DNA of 28,010 bases from the NCBI GenBank assembly GCA_020184695.1, contig JAANOX010000089.1, positions 1 to 28,010 of the forward strand, written 5' to 3'. Within the stretch, counting starts at the first letter, position 1. Every line of letters begins with the position of its first letter. This document shows positions 10,084 through 18,935 of this stretch, piece by piece. The translations under genes were made by a program, and so were the position numbers. The stretch comes from Histomonas meleagridis 2922-C6/04-290x. Taxonomy: Eukaryota > Protista > Parabasalia. The notes under the pieces are model-generated. The model searched no databases and had not been told where the DNA came from. It was given only the letters and a program-made list of their open reading frames with translations.

Positions 10084-12198
10084 TCATATTTTGTTCACGA
10101 TGTTGTCTTCGTTAAAGTCAGTTGTAAATGGATCTTCATCAATGTTTGCATTAATCATTCCGACAGTGAAATTTCCATTAAAATCGCTATTCGATGATTT
10201 CGAACTTTCACTTTCATTAAGTTCGAGTTTCTTTTTACTATAAATTTTAATAAAACAAACAATAAATATTATAACAATTACAACAACTGGAATTATAACC
10301 CCAATTATAATATAAATTGTATTATTTTTATTATCATTAATTTGCTCAACATTTTTATTATGAATAGTGAAAAAATATGAATAAAAATTATAATATGAAG
10401 AATAAAAAATGATAGTGTAGTCATAATAAATGAGCTTTGTTTTAATATAGAAATTTTGTGAACCAAAATATGAATTTATATACGTAATTAACACAGAAGA
10501 TCCAACAATACTAAGTGATTGTGAAACTGAAATTGAAAACACTAAAGTAACAGAATATGTAACGTTAACATTAGAATGTAAATCTGTAAACTTATTTGAT
10601 TGAGTACATGTATCACTTTGTGTAAATGTATTTGATTGTGAATATGTATCACTTTGAGTGAATGCATTCGATTGAGAAAATGTATTTGTTGATGGTTCCA
10701 TTTCCATAAAGAAGTGTGATGTTTCGCTTAAATTTCCGAAATGATTAATTGCCGCAACATGAATATATACATTATCATTAATGATATTGACAATATATCC
10801 TGATGTAGTTTTGTTAAACTTATCAATTTCCATATTAAGTGTGATAGTTGTATATCGATTTTTATCAATGATATAATAATATTCCCGAATCCCATTTGGA
10901 TTTTCGAATGGAACAATATTTGATTGATATTTTGCATTGTGATTATTGTCGTAACCAACTACGCGATACAAACGTATGTCTTTTTTATCTTCTAAATTTA
11001 TTAAAACTGTTCTTTCATTACCATATCGTGTGATATTTGGCTTTTTTGGTGAGCTTATGTTGATGCTAATTGAATTATCATATGAAAAATGATTTTTAGT
11101 TCGTTGATACAAATAACAAATTGTATTTACAATTAGCTTTCGTTCCTCTTCTGTGGTTTGTAAGATATCGTGACCTGCTTGAATTATGGCTGTGTTTTTA
11201 TGCGTCGTCAAATAATAATGTGGATTTCCATATCTAGTTTTGGAATAACCTGTAAGATTCCATGCATATGTTTCTGCTGCAGTAAAATTTCCTTCATATT
11301 GATCTTTAGGAATATCTTGAGGTCGATTACTTAATTCCATCCAAACATCGCCGAAAGCTGCACTTTCAGCTGTGTGTGTGATTGGAATTGACATATTTCC
11401 TTGATGAATTTCATACGGAAATTGCGTCGGCAATCCGACTTTTTTAACAAACATTTCACCAGACCAATGACGCCATTTATCATTTATTGTTCCATTTGAG
11501 CATTTCGGAAAATATTTACATTCTGTCGTTCCAAGTTTAATCCCAAATTTATCTGCAATGCGACCAAGTCCAACTTCATTGCCAAATTCTGATCCTATAA
11601 CATCATGTCCAAGCATAACACCATATCCAAGATCGATATATTGTGAAACAAGTTCAACTGATTCATCATTGAGAAAATCTTTACCATTTGAATCATAAGT
11701 TCCGAAAAATATAACATCATAATTTATCATATCTTCCAATTTCATATTTTCAAATTCAGAATTACTAATTGGAATGACATTAATAATTTTACCATTTGTA
11801 ATAGGATTTTGATTTAATGGTTTAAAGCTATAATTTACATTGTCATAAACATAATTACCACCTTCTAGCCAGACTTTCAAACAAGCTGAGATAGGCATAG
11901 CAAGATTTGATGCATTTGAATCTTCAAAATAAAAAGTTACATTTAATATGCCACTAATGAACTCAGAAGGATATACATTGAGAACATTAACTTTCTCTGT
12001 TGAGTTATAGTCAAATGTGCTCAAAGGCAACCAATTTGTTCCGTTATCATTTGAGAAATAAACAATGAAAGATGCATTTTGAGTTTCATGATGGTTCGTC
12101 CAATTCAATAAAACGCGTGTTCCAACATTTTGGACAGAAAGGTTGATGGTATTATTAACAGCAAAAGTAAGTTTGAATAAGAAAAAAAACAAATTCGA
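10084..12198 (-). CDS. Type I membrane surface protein, about 704 aa
   Basis: Hydrophobic N-terminus (NLFFFLFKLTFA), large ectodomain, S/T-rich stalk, TM helix IYIIIGVIIPVVVIVIIFIVCFI, and an acidic tail with DPFTTDF. The expected start position reads ATCG instead of ATG; the next in-frame ATG is at 11898. Confidence 0.8.
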   Translation of the reverse strand, partial: SNLFFFLFKLTFAVNNTINLSVQNVGTRVLLNWTNHHETQNASFIVYFSNDNGTNWLPLSTFDYNSTEKVNVLNVYPSEFISGILNVTFYFEDSNASNLAMPISACLKVWLEGGNYVYDNVNYSFKPLNQNPITNGKIINVIPISNSEFENMKLEDMINYDVIFFGTYDSNGKDFLNDESVELVSQYIDLGYGVMLGHDVIGSEFGNEVGLGRIADKFGIKLGTTECKYFPKCSNGTINDKWRHWSGEMFVKKVGLPTQFPYEIHQGNMSIPITHTAESAAFGDVWMELSNRPQDIPKDQYEGNFTAAETYAWNLTGYSKTRYGNPHYYLTTHKNTAIIQAGHDILQTTEEERKLIVNTICYLYQRTKNHFSYDNSISINISSPKKPNITRYGNERTVLINLEDKKDIRLYRVVGYDNNHNAKYQSNIVPFENPNGIREYYYIIDKNRYTTITLNMEIDKFNKTTSGYIVNIINDNVYIHVAAINHFGNLSETSHFFMEMEPSTNTFSQSNAFTQSDTYSQSNTFTQSDTCTQSNKFTDLHSNVNVTYSVTLVFSISVSQSLSIVGSSVLITYINSYFGSQNFYIKTKLIYYDYTIIFYSSYYNFYSYFFTIHNKNVEQINDNKNNTIYIIIGVIIPVVVIVIIFIVCFIKIYSKKKLELNESESSKSSNSDFNGNFTVGMINANIDEDPFTTDFNEDNIVNKI
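10582..10692 (-). repeat. Coding 6-aa repeat (S/T)QS(N/D)x(F/Y/C) in the surface-protein stalk
   Basis: STNTFSQSNAFTQSDTYSQSNTFTQSDTCTQSNKFTD. Confidence 0.8.
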
Positions 12199-12215
12199 TT
12201 TTTTTTTTGAAACGC

Positions 12216-12223
12216 AAAAGTGA
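12216..12223 (-). promoter_or_regulatory. Initiator (Inr)-like element
   Basis: TCACTTTT about 20 nt upstream of the signal-peptide-like segment; matches the trichomonad Inr consensus TCAYTWY. Confidence 0.55.
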
Positions 12224-12526
12224 CTGAAACTTTTCGAATATTGAAAGAAGAAACCATTTTTTTCAATGATCACTTTGTGAAATCCAAAACGATACCTTCA
12301 CCTCACCTTTCACACAGCTCACTAATTTGTTAAATTGAAATCAATTTTTCAAGATTTGGGACAAACTTCCATATTGTTTCATTTGTAATATCATAGTCAT
12401 AATTATGATATTTTATTCACAGATATAAATGTCTAAAATTCGAAAAACGAATATTTTTGAATGTGCTTTGTGACAATATCATAATGTGAATAAATTCTCA
12501 GATTTTACATATTATAATTGGTTATT

Positions 12527-15523
12527 TTATTGAATATATTTTGACAAGTTTGAGTGAACCTGAAGGATGAAATGTTGATTCCACTTTAACAATTGGTGCA
12601 ACTCTTCTTCAGGGATATTACGCACGCATTTAGCAAGTTCGCACATTATTTCATTCGGTACAATTTGCAGACACCATTCGCCCGATGCGAATATGTTTGC
12701 TAATATTCTATTTACGTGTGGCGCAGTAATTTCCGGTAACTTCTGCATTGCAACGAACAAAAACTTTGCTGTGAATGGAATATCATCATCATCCACAACA
12801 GGCGGTAAACCAGAAAGAACGACATTTAAATCATCGTTACTTACATTTGGTTGGAATACCGAATATATCGAACACCAAAGTGTTAATGCTGTTTCTATTA
12901 TCATATCTGATTCATAACATCCGCTTGTTTTCGATGCAATTAATGAATCGACGTTATGTTTTAATAAAGCAATTTGTTGTTGTGTGAATATATTACTTCG
13001 TGAATGAATTAAATAATTCATTGCTGACAAAATAATATTTTTCACATTTGTATTATTATTTGAATTTAACATTTTAAATCCAATGTCACATGCAATTGAA
13101 GCAACTTTATCATTATCTGGACAATTCATACATATAACACTTAACGTATGTACAATATATGCCTTAATTTGATTCTTTTTAGAGTTTAAATGCGGTCTGA
13201 AGATTTGTATGAATTCTTCAATTAGACCCGACACTTTTTGGCCGATAGAAAATATGAACATTCGAATACAAAAGAACAATTGATATAATACATTTGAATC
13301 AATAATTTTACCACCAGCAACTATTACTTTAAGTTTACCACGCATACAATCCGAAATTAACATGAATGATTTTTGTAATTGTTCAACAGTAAATTGGTTT
13401 CCATAACTAATGAAAATAGAACCTAATGAAATGAAAAGTTGTTGAACAAATGATACATCTGTACATTGATATAATTTATCGATTAATATATCAAGAAGAG
13501 GTGAAGCATCAAATTGAAGTGTTTTTAATCCTTCATTCATTAAAAGGATACTATTAGCAGCAGCGATTTGTATTTGTTCTTCAGGATTATCCAAGAATTG
13601 ACATATAATATGAACAATTTGTTGTACATAATTTATCATTTCGTGTGGTAATTCGGATATAAATGTCGATAACGCTTTGATGATTGATGATTCCATTATA
13701 ACTGTACGTATAGCAATTTGATATTGTTGATTTCCTTCTTCATTATTATCTTCTTCTTCAAGCGCTGAATATTGTATCTCTTTTTCTAAAAGATGGAGAA
13801 AACTTGGAACAATTCTTGGTATAAATTCCTTTAATGTTAATGGTAATACTTTCGCAATGTTTTGCGTACAATTCCCAATGCTTTCACTCATGATATCATC
13901 ATCAATACTAATCGAATTTAATAACACATTCATTAATGATGGAATATCATTTTGAATTGCAAGTGGTGCAATTTTTGCTAAGTTACCAAAACATTCAAAT
14001 ACTTTGGCTCGAATCATTTCATCACCATTTAATAGTTGAATTAATATGTTTCGCATTCCTCCATATAAATCATTATTAATTTCATCAACATTACAAATCG
14101 CACTTGAAATACATGAAATAACTTGTTCATATTGCTCTGGTTGACATTGATTTAATAATGTGACTAATGCTGATACTAATTCAATATATTGTGCTGGTGC
14201 TTGATCTGCATTATAAAGAACATTATCTAATACCATCATAGCTCTTGGCTCTTGAAGTCTGTTAAATAAGATGTTTACAATCTCATTGAAAAACTCCGCG
14301 TAAATCTCTGAAATTTTGTCAGATGAAATTAACAAAAAAGTGCAACACGAATCAAATAAAAATGGATCATTTTGCTTGAGGGATTCTTTGATAAGACTCA
14401 TAATGTTTTTGGAATTGTCAAGGATTTCTTCTGATGCACCTTCTATTGCACGCGCAAATGATAATATTGCAATTTGCATGATAATGCCATTATTACTCTG
14501 AATACCACTCAAAGAAAATGTTAAAAGCAGTTGAATAAGTTGGCCAGGTTCTTCTGTATTAACTGAAAGTGATGAAACAAAGTCTTCTACAAATTGTAAA
14601 TCTGCTAATACACGATCTACCATGCATACTTGGACAGCTAGGTTGAGTACAGCCTTAAGATATATCGGTAACTGATTATCAACCTCATTTGGTTCGAGTG
14701 TAGGTGATGCAGATATTAATGATTGACATGAGAGTTTCAAATCTGGTGATGCATCACTTGTAATCAAATTAAATGCGAAGCTAATAAAATCATGAATGTG
14801 TGGAATGAAAAGCGGAAACTCATTTAAAAAAAGAGTTGAAATTAAATCAAAAATACACTTAGATTCTGCAGCACTTGGATCTGTTGTGATGCATAATGTG
14901 ATCCGCTGTTGTAAAATTTCGGGAATTGTTGTATATGTTAAAAATAAATCATGATTAATTTTAGTAGTTAACATTTCAAAAAGAGTATATGATGAACAGC
15001 GAACTTCACGATCATTACTTACAAATGAAATAAGAAGGAATTGCATTAACTGTTCAAAATATTGAAGAAGAAGAATTTCAGGCATAATATCAACAATTGA
15101 GGTCCAAAGATTAAGAGCTATTGCTTGAGTACTAGGAGAAGGAAAAAATGAAAAAGCAAGCTGAAGAAATTCTGGCCAGTCAGTTCCAATTTTTTCCAAT
15201 AGATCAACAGCTGCATTCCCTAATAATCTTTTGTTTTGAATCTCTGGCTCTGTTTGAATTAATTCGATTAAATATTTTTGCAAATTTAAGGTGTATTGAT
15301 TATCAAAATCTAGTCTTCTTATCATTTGGCTAATTGCAATAATAGCGTATGAACGTATTAATGGATTTTCGCATTTTTGTACGACAATAAAAAGGTCTGA
15401 AAATAATTCAATATGTGTAAATAATTCTTGAAGAGTTTTTGTTGCTGAATCAATTTCATTTTGTGTTCCATGTAGAGCTGTTTCAAACAATATAACTAGC
15501 TGTTGCGCATTTGAAACATTCAT
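12527..15523 (-). CDS. Importin-beta family karyopherin (importin-4/Kap123-like), 998 aa
   Basis: About 1000 aa of HEAT repeats; N-terminal IBN_N-like segment (ATKTLQELF..IRSYAIIAISQMI); internal acidic loop EEEDNNEE. Probable start is MNVSNAQQ at 15523. Confidence 0.8.
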   Translation of the reverse strand: MNVSNAQQLVILFETALHGTQNEIDSATKTLQELFTHIELFSDLFIVVQKCENPLIRSYAIIAISQMIRRLDFDNQYTLNLQKYLIELIQTEPEIQNKRLLGNAAVDLLEKIGTDWPEFLQLAFSFFPSPSTQAIALNLWTSIVDIMPEILLLQYFEQLMQFLLISFVSNDREVRCSSYTLFEMLTTKINHDLFLTYTTIPEILQQRITLCITTDPSAAESKCIFDLISTLFLNEFPLFIPHIHDFISFAFNLITSDASPDLKLSCQSLISASPTLEPNEVDNQLPIYLKAVLNLAVQVCMVDRVLADLQFVEDFVSSLSVNTEEPGQLIQLLLTFSLSGIQSNNGIIMQIAILSFARAIEGASEEILDNSKNIMSLIKESLKQNDPFLFDSCCTFLLISSDKISEIYAEFFNEIVNILFNRLQEPRAMMVLDNVLYNADQAPAQYIELVSALVTLLNQCQPEQYEQVISCISSAICNVDEINNDLYGGMRNILIQLLNGDEMIRAKVFECFGNLAKIAPLAIQNDIPSLMNVLLNSISIDDDIMSESIGNCTQNIAKVLPLTLKEFIPRIVPSFLHLLEKEIQYSALEEEDNNEEGNQQYQIAIRTVIMESSIIKALSTFISELPHEMINYVQQIVHIICQFLDNPEEQIQIAAANSILLMNEGLKTLQFDASPLLDILIDKLYQCTDVSFVQQLFISLGSIFISYGNQFTVEQLQKSFMLISDCMRGKLKVIVAGGKIIDSNVLYQLFFCIRMFIFSIGQKVSGLIEEFIQIFRPHLNSKKNQIKAYIVHTLSVICMNCPDNDKVASIACDIGFKMLNSNNNTNVKNIILSAMNYLIHSRSNIFTQQQIALLKHNVDSLIASKTSGCYESDMIIETALTLWCSIYSVFQPNVSNDDLNVVLSGLPPVVDDDDIPFTAKFLFVAMQKLPEITAPHVNRILANIFASGEWCLQIVPNEIMCELAKCVRNIPEEELHQLLKWNQHFILQVHSNLSKYIQ

Positions 15524-15952
15524 ATAACTCGATTTTTTGGAGCGGTTCGGGTACCCCTTTGCATGACCAGAGCCAATGGAGAAATCATTGAAAAAAACAC
15601 AAGTGTAAATGACATACAACAATTTATTAAGCAAAAACATCATGTACATAAAAAGCAAGAATCTTTTTCACCAAAGAAATTATTTTTAAATAATTTTCTG
15701 AAAAAAATTATTTCTGAAATGAATTGCTTTTTAACTTTCTTATATTGGTAGAGCTAAATAAGTTTGTAGTTAGTTGAAAAAATATTCTTTTGATTAATTC
15801 GAAAAAAGAATTTTGCAAATTTTTGGAAGTGTTGAACATGTTTACAAAATAACATCTAAGGAACTTGTAAAACCATCTCATTATAAGGGTTAAACAAGAT
15901 TAAAATCGTTAACAACTATTTTTAAATCAAAAAATTTTAAAAAATCAAAAAA

Positions 15953-16025
15953 TGCCCCTGACCGGAGTCGGACCGGCGACCTTGCGCTTACGAGGCACAC
16001 GCAATAACCACTATGCTACAGAGGC
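15953..16025 (-). tRNA. tRNA-Thr(CGT), 73 nt, intronless
   Basis: GCCTCTG TA GCAT AGTGGTTA TTGC G TGTGC CTCGTAA GCGCA AGGTC GCCGG TCCGACT CCGGT CAGGGGC A folds as a cloverleaf and is followed by a T6 Pol III terminator. The T-loop has C55. Confidence 0.92.
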
Positions 16026-16147
16026 TCATGTGTTTATTATTGTTAAAGAATTGCCTTAAAGTTACTTTTGTAACTAAAAAGTGCTTTGTCAAACTATTGC
16101 ATTTTTAATTTAATTTTAAAGATTTCACAACCTATTAATTTCAAAAA

Positions 16148-16600
16148 ATGTTGCCCGATGATCCTCGTATTCATAAAGATTGTTACCGCGCTTTAAATGA
16201 AACTATAAAAAATCAAACTTATCGTTATATTACTTTTATACTTAGTGAAAAAGTGTATGATTTTATTTTGGTGGAAAAAAAAGCAGAAAGAGAATACACA
16301 CTTGAAGATTTATTTGATGATCTTCCTCCAAATCAGTGTCGTTATGTCTTTTATGACTATGATTTTGTTGATAAAAATGGAAAGTTAAGAAGAATACCAA
16401 TATTCATACATTGGATACCAGATGCTTGTCCTATAAGGATGAAAATGCATTCTGTAAGATATAAACAAGAAATGCATAGAGAAATAAAAAATGTTATTGG
16501 AAAAGATTCATTAATATATATAGAAGCAGAAGATGAAAATGAAATTGTAGAGACAGAAATACAATTGAAGTGTTCAAGATATATTGAAAATCTTAAATAA
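16148..16600 (+). CDS. ADF/cofilin-family actin-depolymerizing protein (divergent)
   Basis: 150 aa with DLPPNQCRYVFYDYDF and FIHWIPDACPIRMKM, the hallmark ADF-H motifs. Confidence 0.9.
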   Translation: MLPDDPRIHKDCYRALNETIKNQTYRYITFILSEKVYDFILVEKKAEREYTLEDLFDDLPPNQCRYVFYDYDFVDKNGKLRRIPIFIHWIPDACPIRMKMHSVRYKQEMHREIKNVIGKDSLIYIEAEDENEIVETEIQLKCSRYIENLK

Positions 16601-16625
16601 GAATAATAAAAAATTTTTATTTTAT

Positions 16626-18474
16626 TTAAATATCACATTTACCATCTTTACAAGTATCGACAAAAGTTTTCACAGCTTCATTACTTTGTGCTTTAGTTTC
16701 AAGAACTTGATATTGTCTTGAACCATTTCGATAAACTGTTAAACCTTTACAACCCAATTTCCATCCTTCGATAAATCCTTCTCGAACCATATCTTCTGTT
16801 GCATCTTGTTCAAAATTAACTGTTTTAGAAATCGCGTTACATGTATATTTTTGAATTTCACTTTGCATATTAATATGATCTTTAGGTGAAATATCCAATG
16901 ATGTAACAAATACTTTTTTAACTTCTTCTGGAACTCCGATAACATTCCTTAATGTACCTGTTTGAAGGATTTGTTCCATAATTTCTTTAGAATAACAATG
17001 ATTTTCTTTAAGTGCTTTCTTTAAATGTTTTGTTAACAAATGGTTTCATTTCACCTGCTAAACAATTACATCGTCGATATGCTAATGCAAAATATGGTTC
17101 AACACCTGATGAAACATCCATTAACATAGATGTAGAACCAGTAGGTGCTACATTAGTTAATGATGCATTTCGCATCGTCGCATATTTCTTACACCAAATA
17201 CTTTTATCAAAGTTTGGGAAATTACCTTTTTCAGCTCCAAGTTTAATTGATTCATCAATAGATGTTTCTTGAATAATTTCCATAGCTCGTGTAGCTACTT
17301 TTCGTCCTTCTTCTGAATTATATGGTAATTTCATTAAAAATAACATATCTGCTAAACCCATAATACCTAAACCAATACGTCTATTATTTTTAAACATAGT
17401 ATTAACACGTTCTACTGGAAATTGTGTTAAATCTACTACATTATCTAACATTCGAACTGCTATACGTGTAACTTCTTTTAATTTTTCTTCATTTAATGTA
17501 CGATCTGAATTAACAAATTTTTCTAAATTAATTGATCCTAAATTACATGCATCACCTGAATGAAGATATTGTTCTCCACATGGATTACAACATTCAATAG
17601 GCCCAAGACCTGGTAATGGATTAGTCTTATTAACTGTATCAAGAAAAATACATCCTGGTTCACCATTACGCCATGCACTATAAATAATCTCATCCATAAC
17701 TTCTGGCGCTGAAATATCAGCTTCTGGAATATCTGTAATACGTCCTGCTGCATCACGTGTAATATATCGTGGTTTCATCTTTTTCACCATTCCATGTACA
17801 TAACCATGGTGTTGGATCATTATTAATAACTCGTTCCATAAATTCATCAGTAAGTCCAACTGAAAAATTAAAATTCTCATATGTACCTTCTTTAGCTTTG
17901 GCTTCAATAAATTCTAAAATATCGGGATGATCAACACGCATTAAAGCCATATTAGCTCCATGACGACCATGTTGTTGAACTATTCGAAATGCTTCTGAAT
18001 AAATTCGTAAAAATGATAATGGTCCACTTGATGAACCAAGTGTTCGTTTACATTTAAATCCTGCTGGTCGAAGAAGATGAAATGGAAATCCAATACCTGA
18101 ACCTGCTTGTTGAAGAAGTGCTGCTTCTTTAAGTGTATCAAAAATACTATCTAAAGAATCTTCCATATGTAAAACAACACAATTAGAAATAAGTGCTGTC
18201 TTGGCACCTGCATTGGCTAATGTACGTCCTGCTGGAATAAATTCAAAATTTGTCATAACTTCACTAAAAATTCGACTCCATTTTTTTCTTCATCCTTTTC
18301 AACTGATGCTAAACATTTGGCTACTCGTTGAAACATTTCTTCTGGGGTCGCAATGATTGCAGTGTTTTCATCTGGTTGAAGATATCGCGCTTTTAAGACT
18401 TTCATGGCATTACTAGTAAAATTTAATGTAGTAGGAATACCGTCAATAGTCTTCATATTCTTAGTTGTACTCAT
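16626..18474 (-). CDS. nrdJ: Class II (adenosylcobalamin-dependent) ribonucleotide reductase, about 615 aa after correcting 3 frameshifts
   Basis: TLANAG, SNC, RHGANM, HPDILEFI, GEPG, NPCGEQ (thiyl-radical Cys), CNLGSINL, RRIGLGIMG, APTGSTS, SSGVEP, GCKGLTVYRNGS (class II type, no class I YY) and C-terminal CKDGKC. No ATP-cone. Frameshifts lie at T runs 18281-18287, 17780-17784 and 17028-17031. Confidence 0.92.
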
Positions 18475-18500
18475 ATTTTGTTCAATTATTTATTAATAAA

Positions 18501-18511
18501 AAATGAAGTGA
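18501..18511 (-). promoter_or_regulatory. Overlapping Inr-like elements upstream of nrdJ
   Basis: TCACTTCATTT (TCACTT plus TCATTT) 27-37 nt upstream of the ATG at 18474. Confidence 0.55.
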
Positions 18512-18935
18512 ATAAATATCGCGCCAAGAGAAATCTTCCTTCTTCTTCATTTCAATATAATTGGACGTTAAATAATTCAAAATAATGGCGGTATGGCACT
18601 TTTTAGATATTCAAATTGTTAACTTGCTAAATTTATAGAAAAATAGAAAAGACATCAAAAATTTTGAATAATTTTTTTTTGTCTATCCTCGATAAAAACT
18701 ATTTCTTTGTTTCGATTTAATAAATTTCATTTTAAATATGTTTTTACAATCAGCATATGCTGAAATGAAATAACATTTATAATTGTTATAATTAAGATCT
18801 TATTGAATAACAACCTGTCGTGCTTGAAATAATCATATCGTTTAAATTGATAAATCTGATTTTTGGGAAAAGATGGTCGCTTAAAGGAAAAAAAACGGTG
18901 AAGCTAACTTTTTCTGTTAATTTAAAACGTTTCAA

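Noticed and set aside
8192-15558. Shared GGGTACC upstream of the Furry-like and importin genes
   Set aside because: Only two instances, at different distances from the ATG, and a similar GGGTAC occurs inside the Rho coding sequence.
17028-17784. Euplotes-type +1 frameshifting in nrdJ
   Set aside because: That mechanism needs AAA followed by a stop codon; here AAA is followed by GAT and ACA.
16626-18474. Bacterial contamination or chimeric contig
   Set aside because: Composition matches the flanks, host-type Inr and TAAA signals are present, and the gene ends 25 nt from the convergent cofilin gene.
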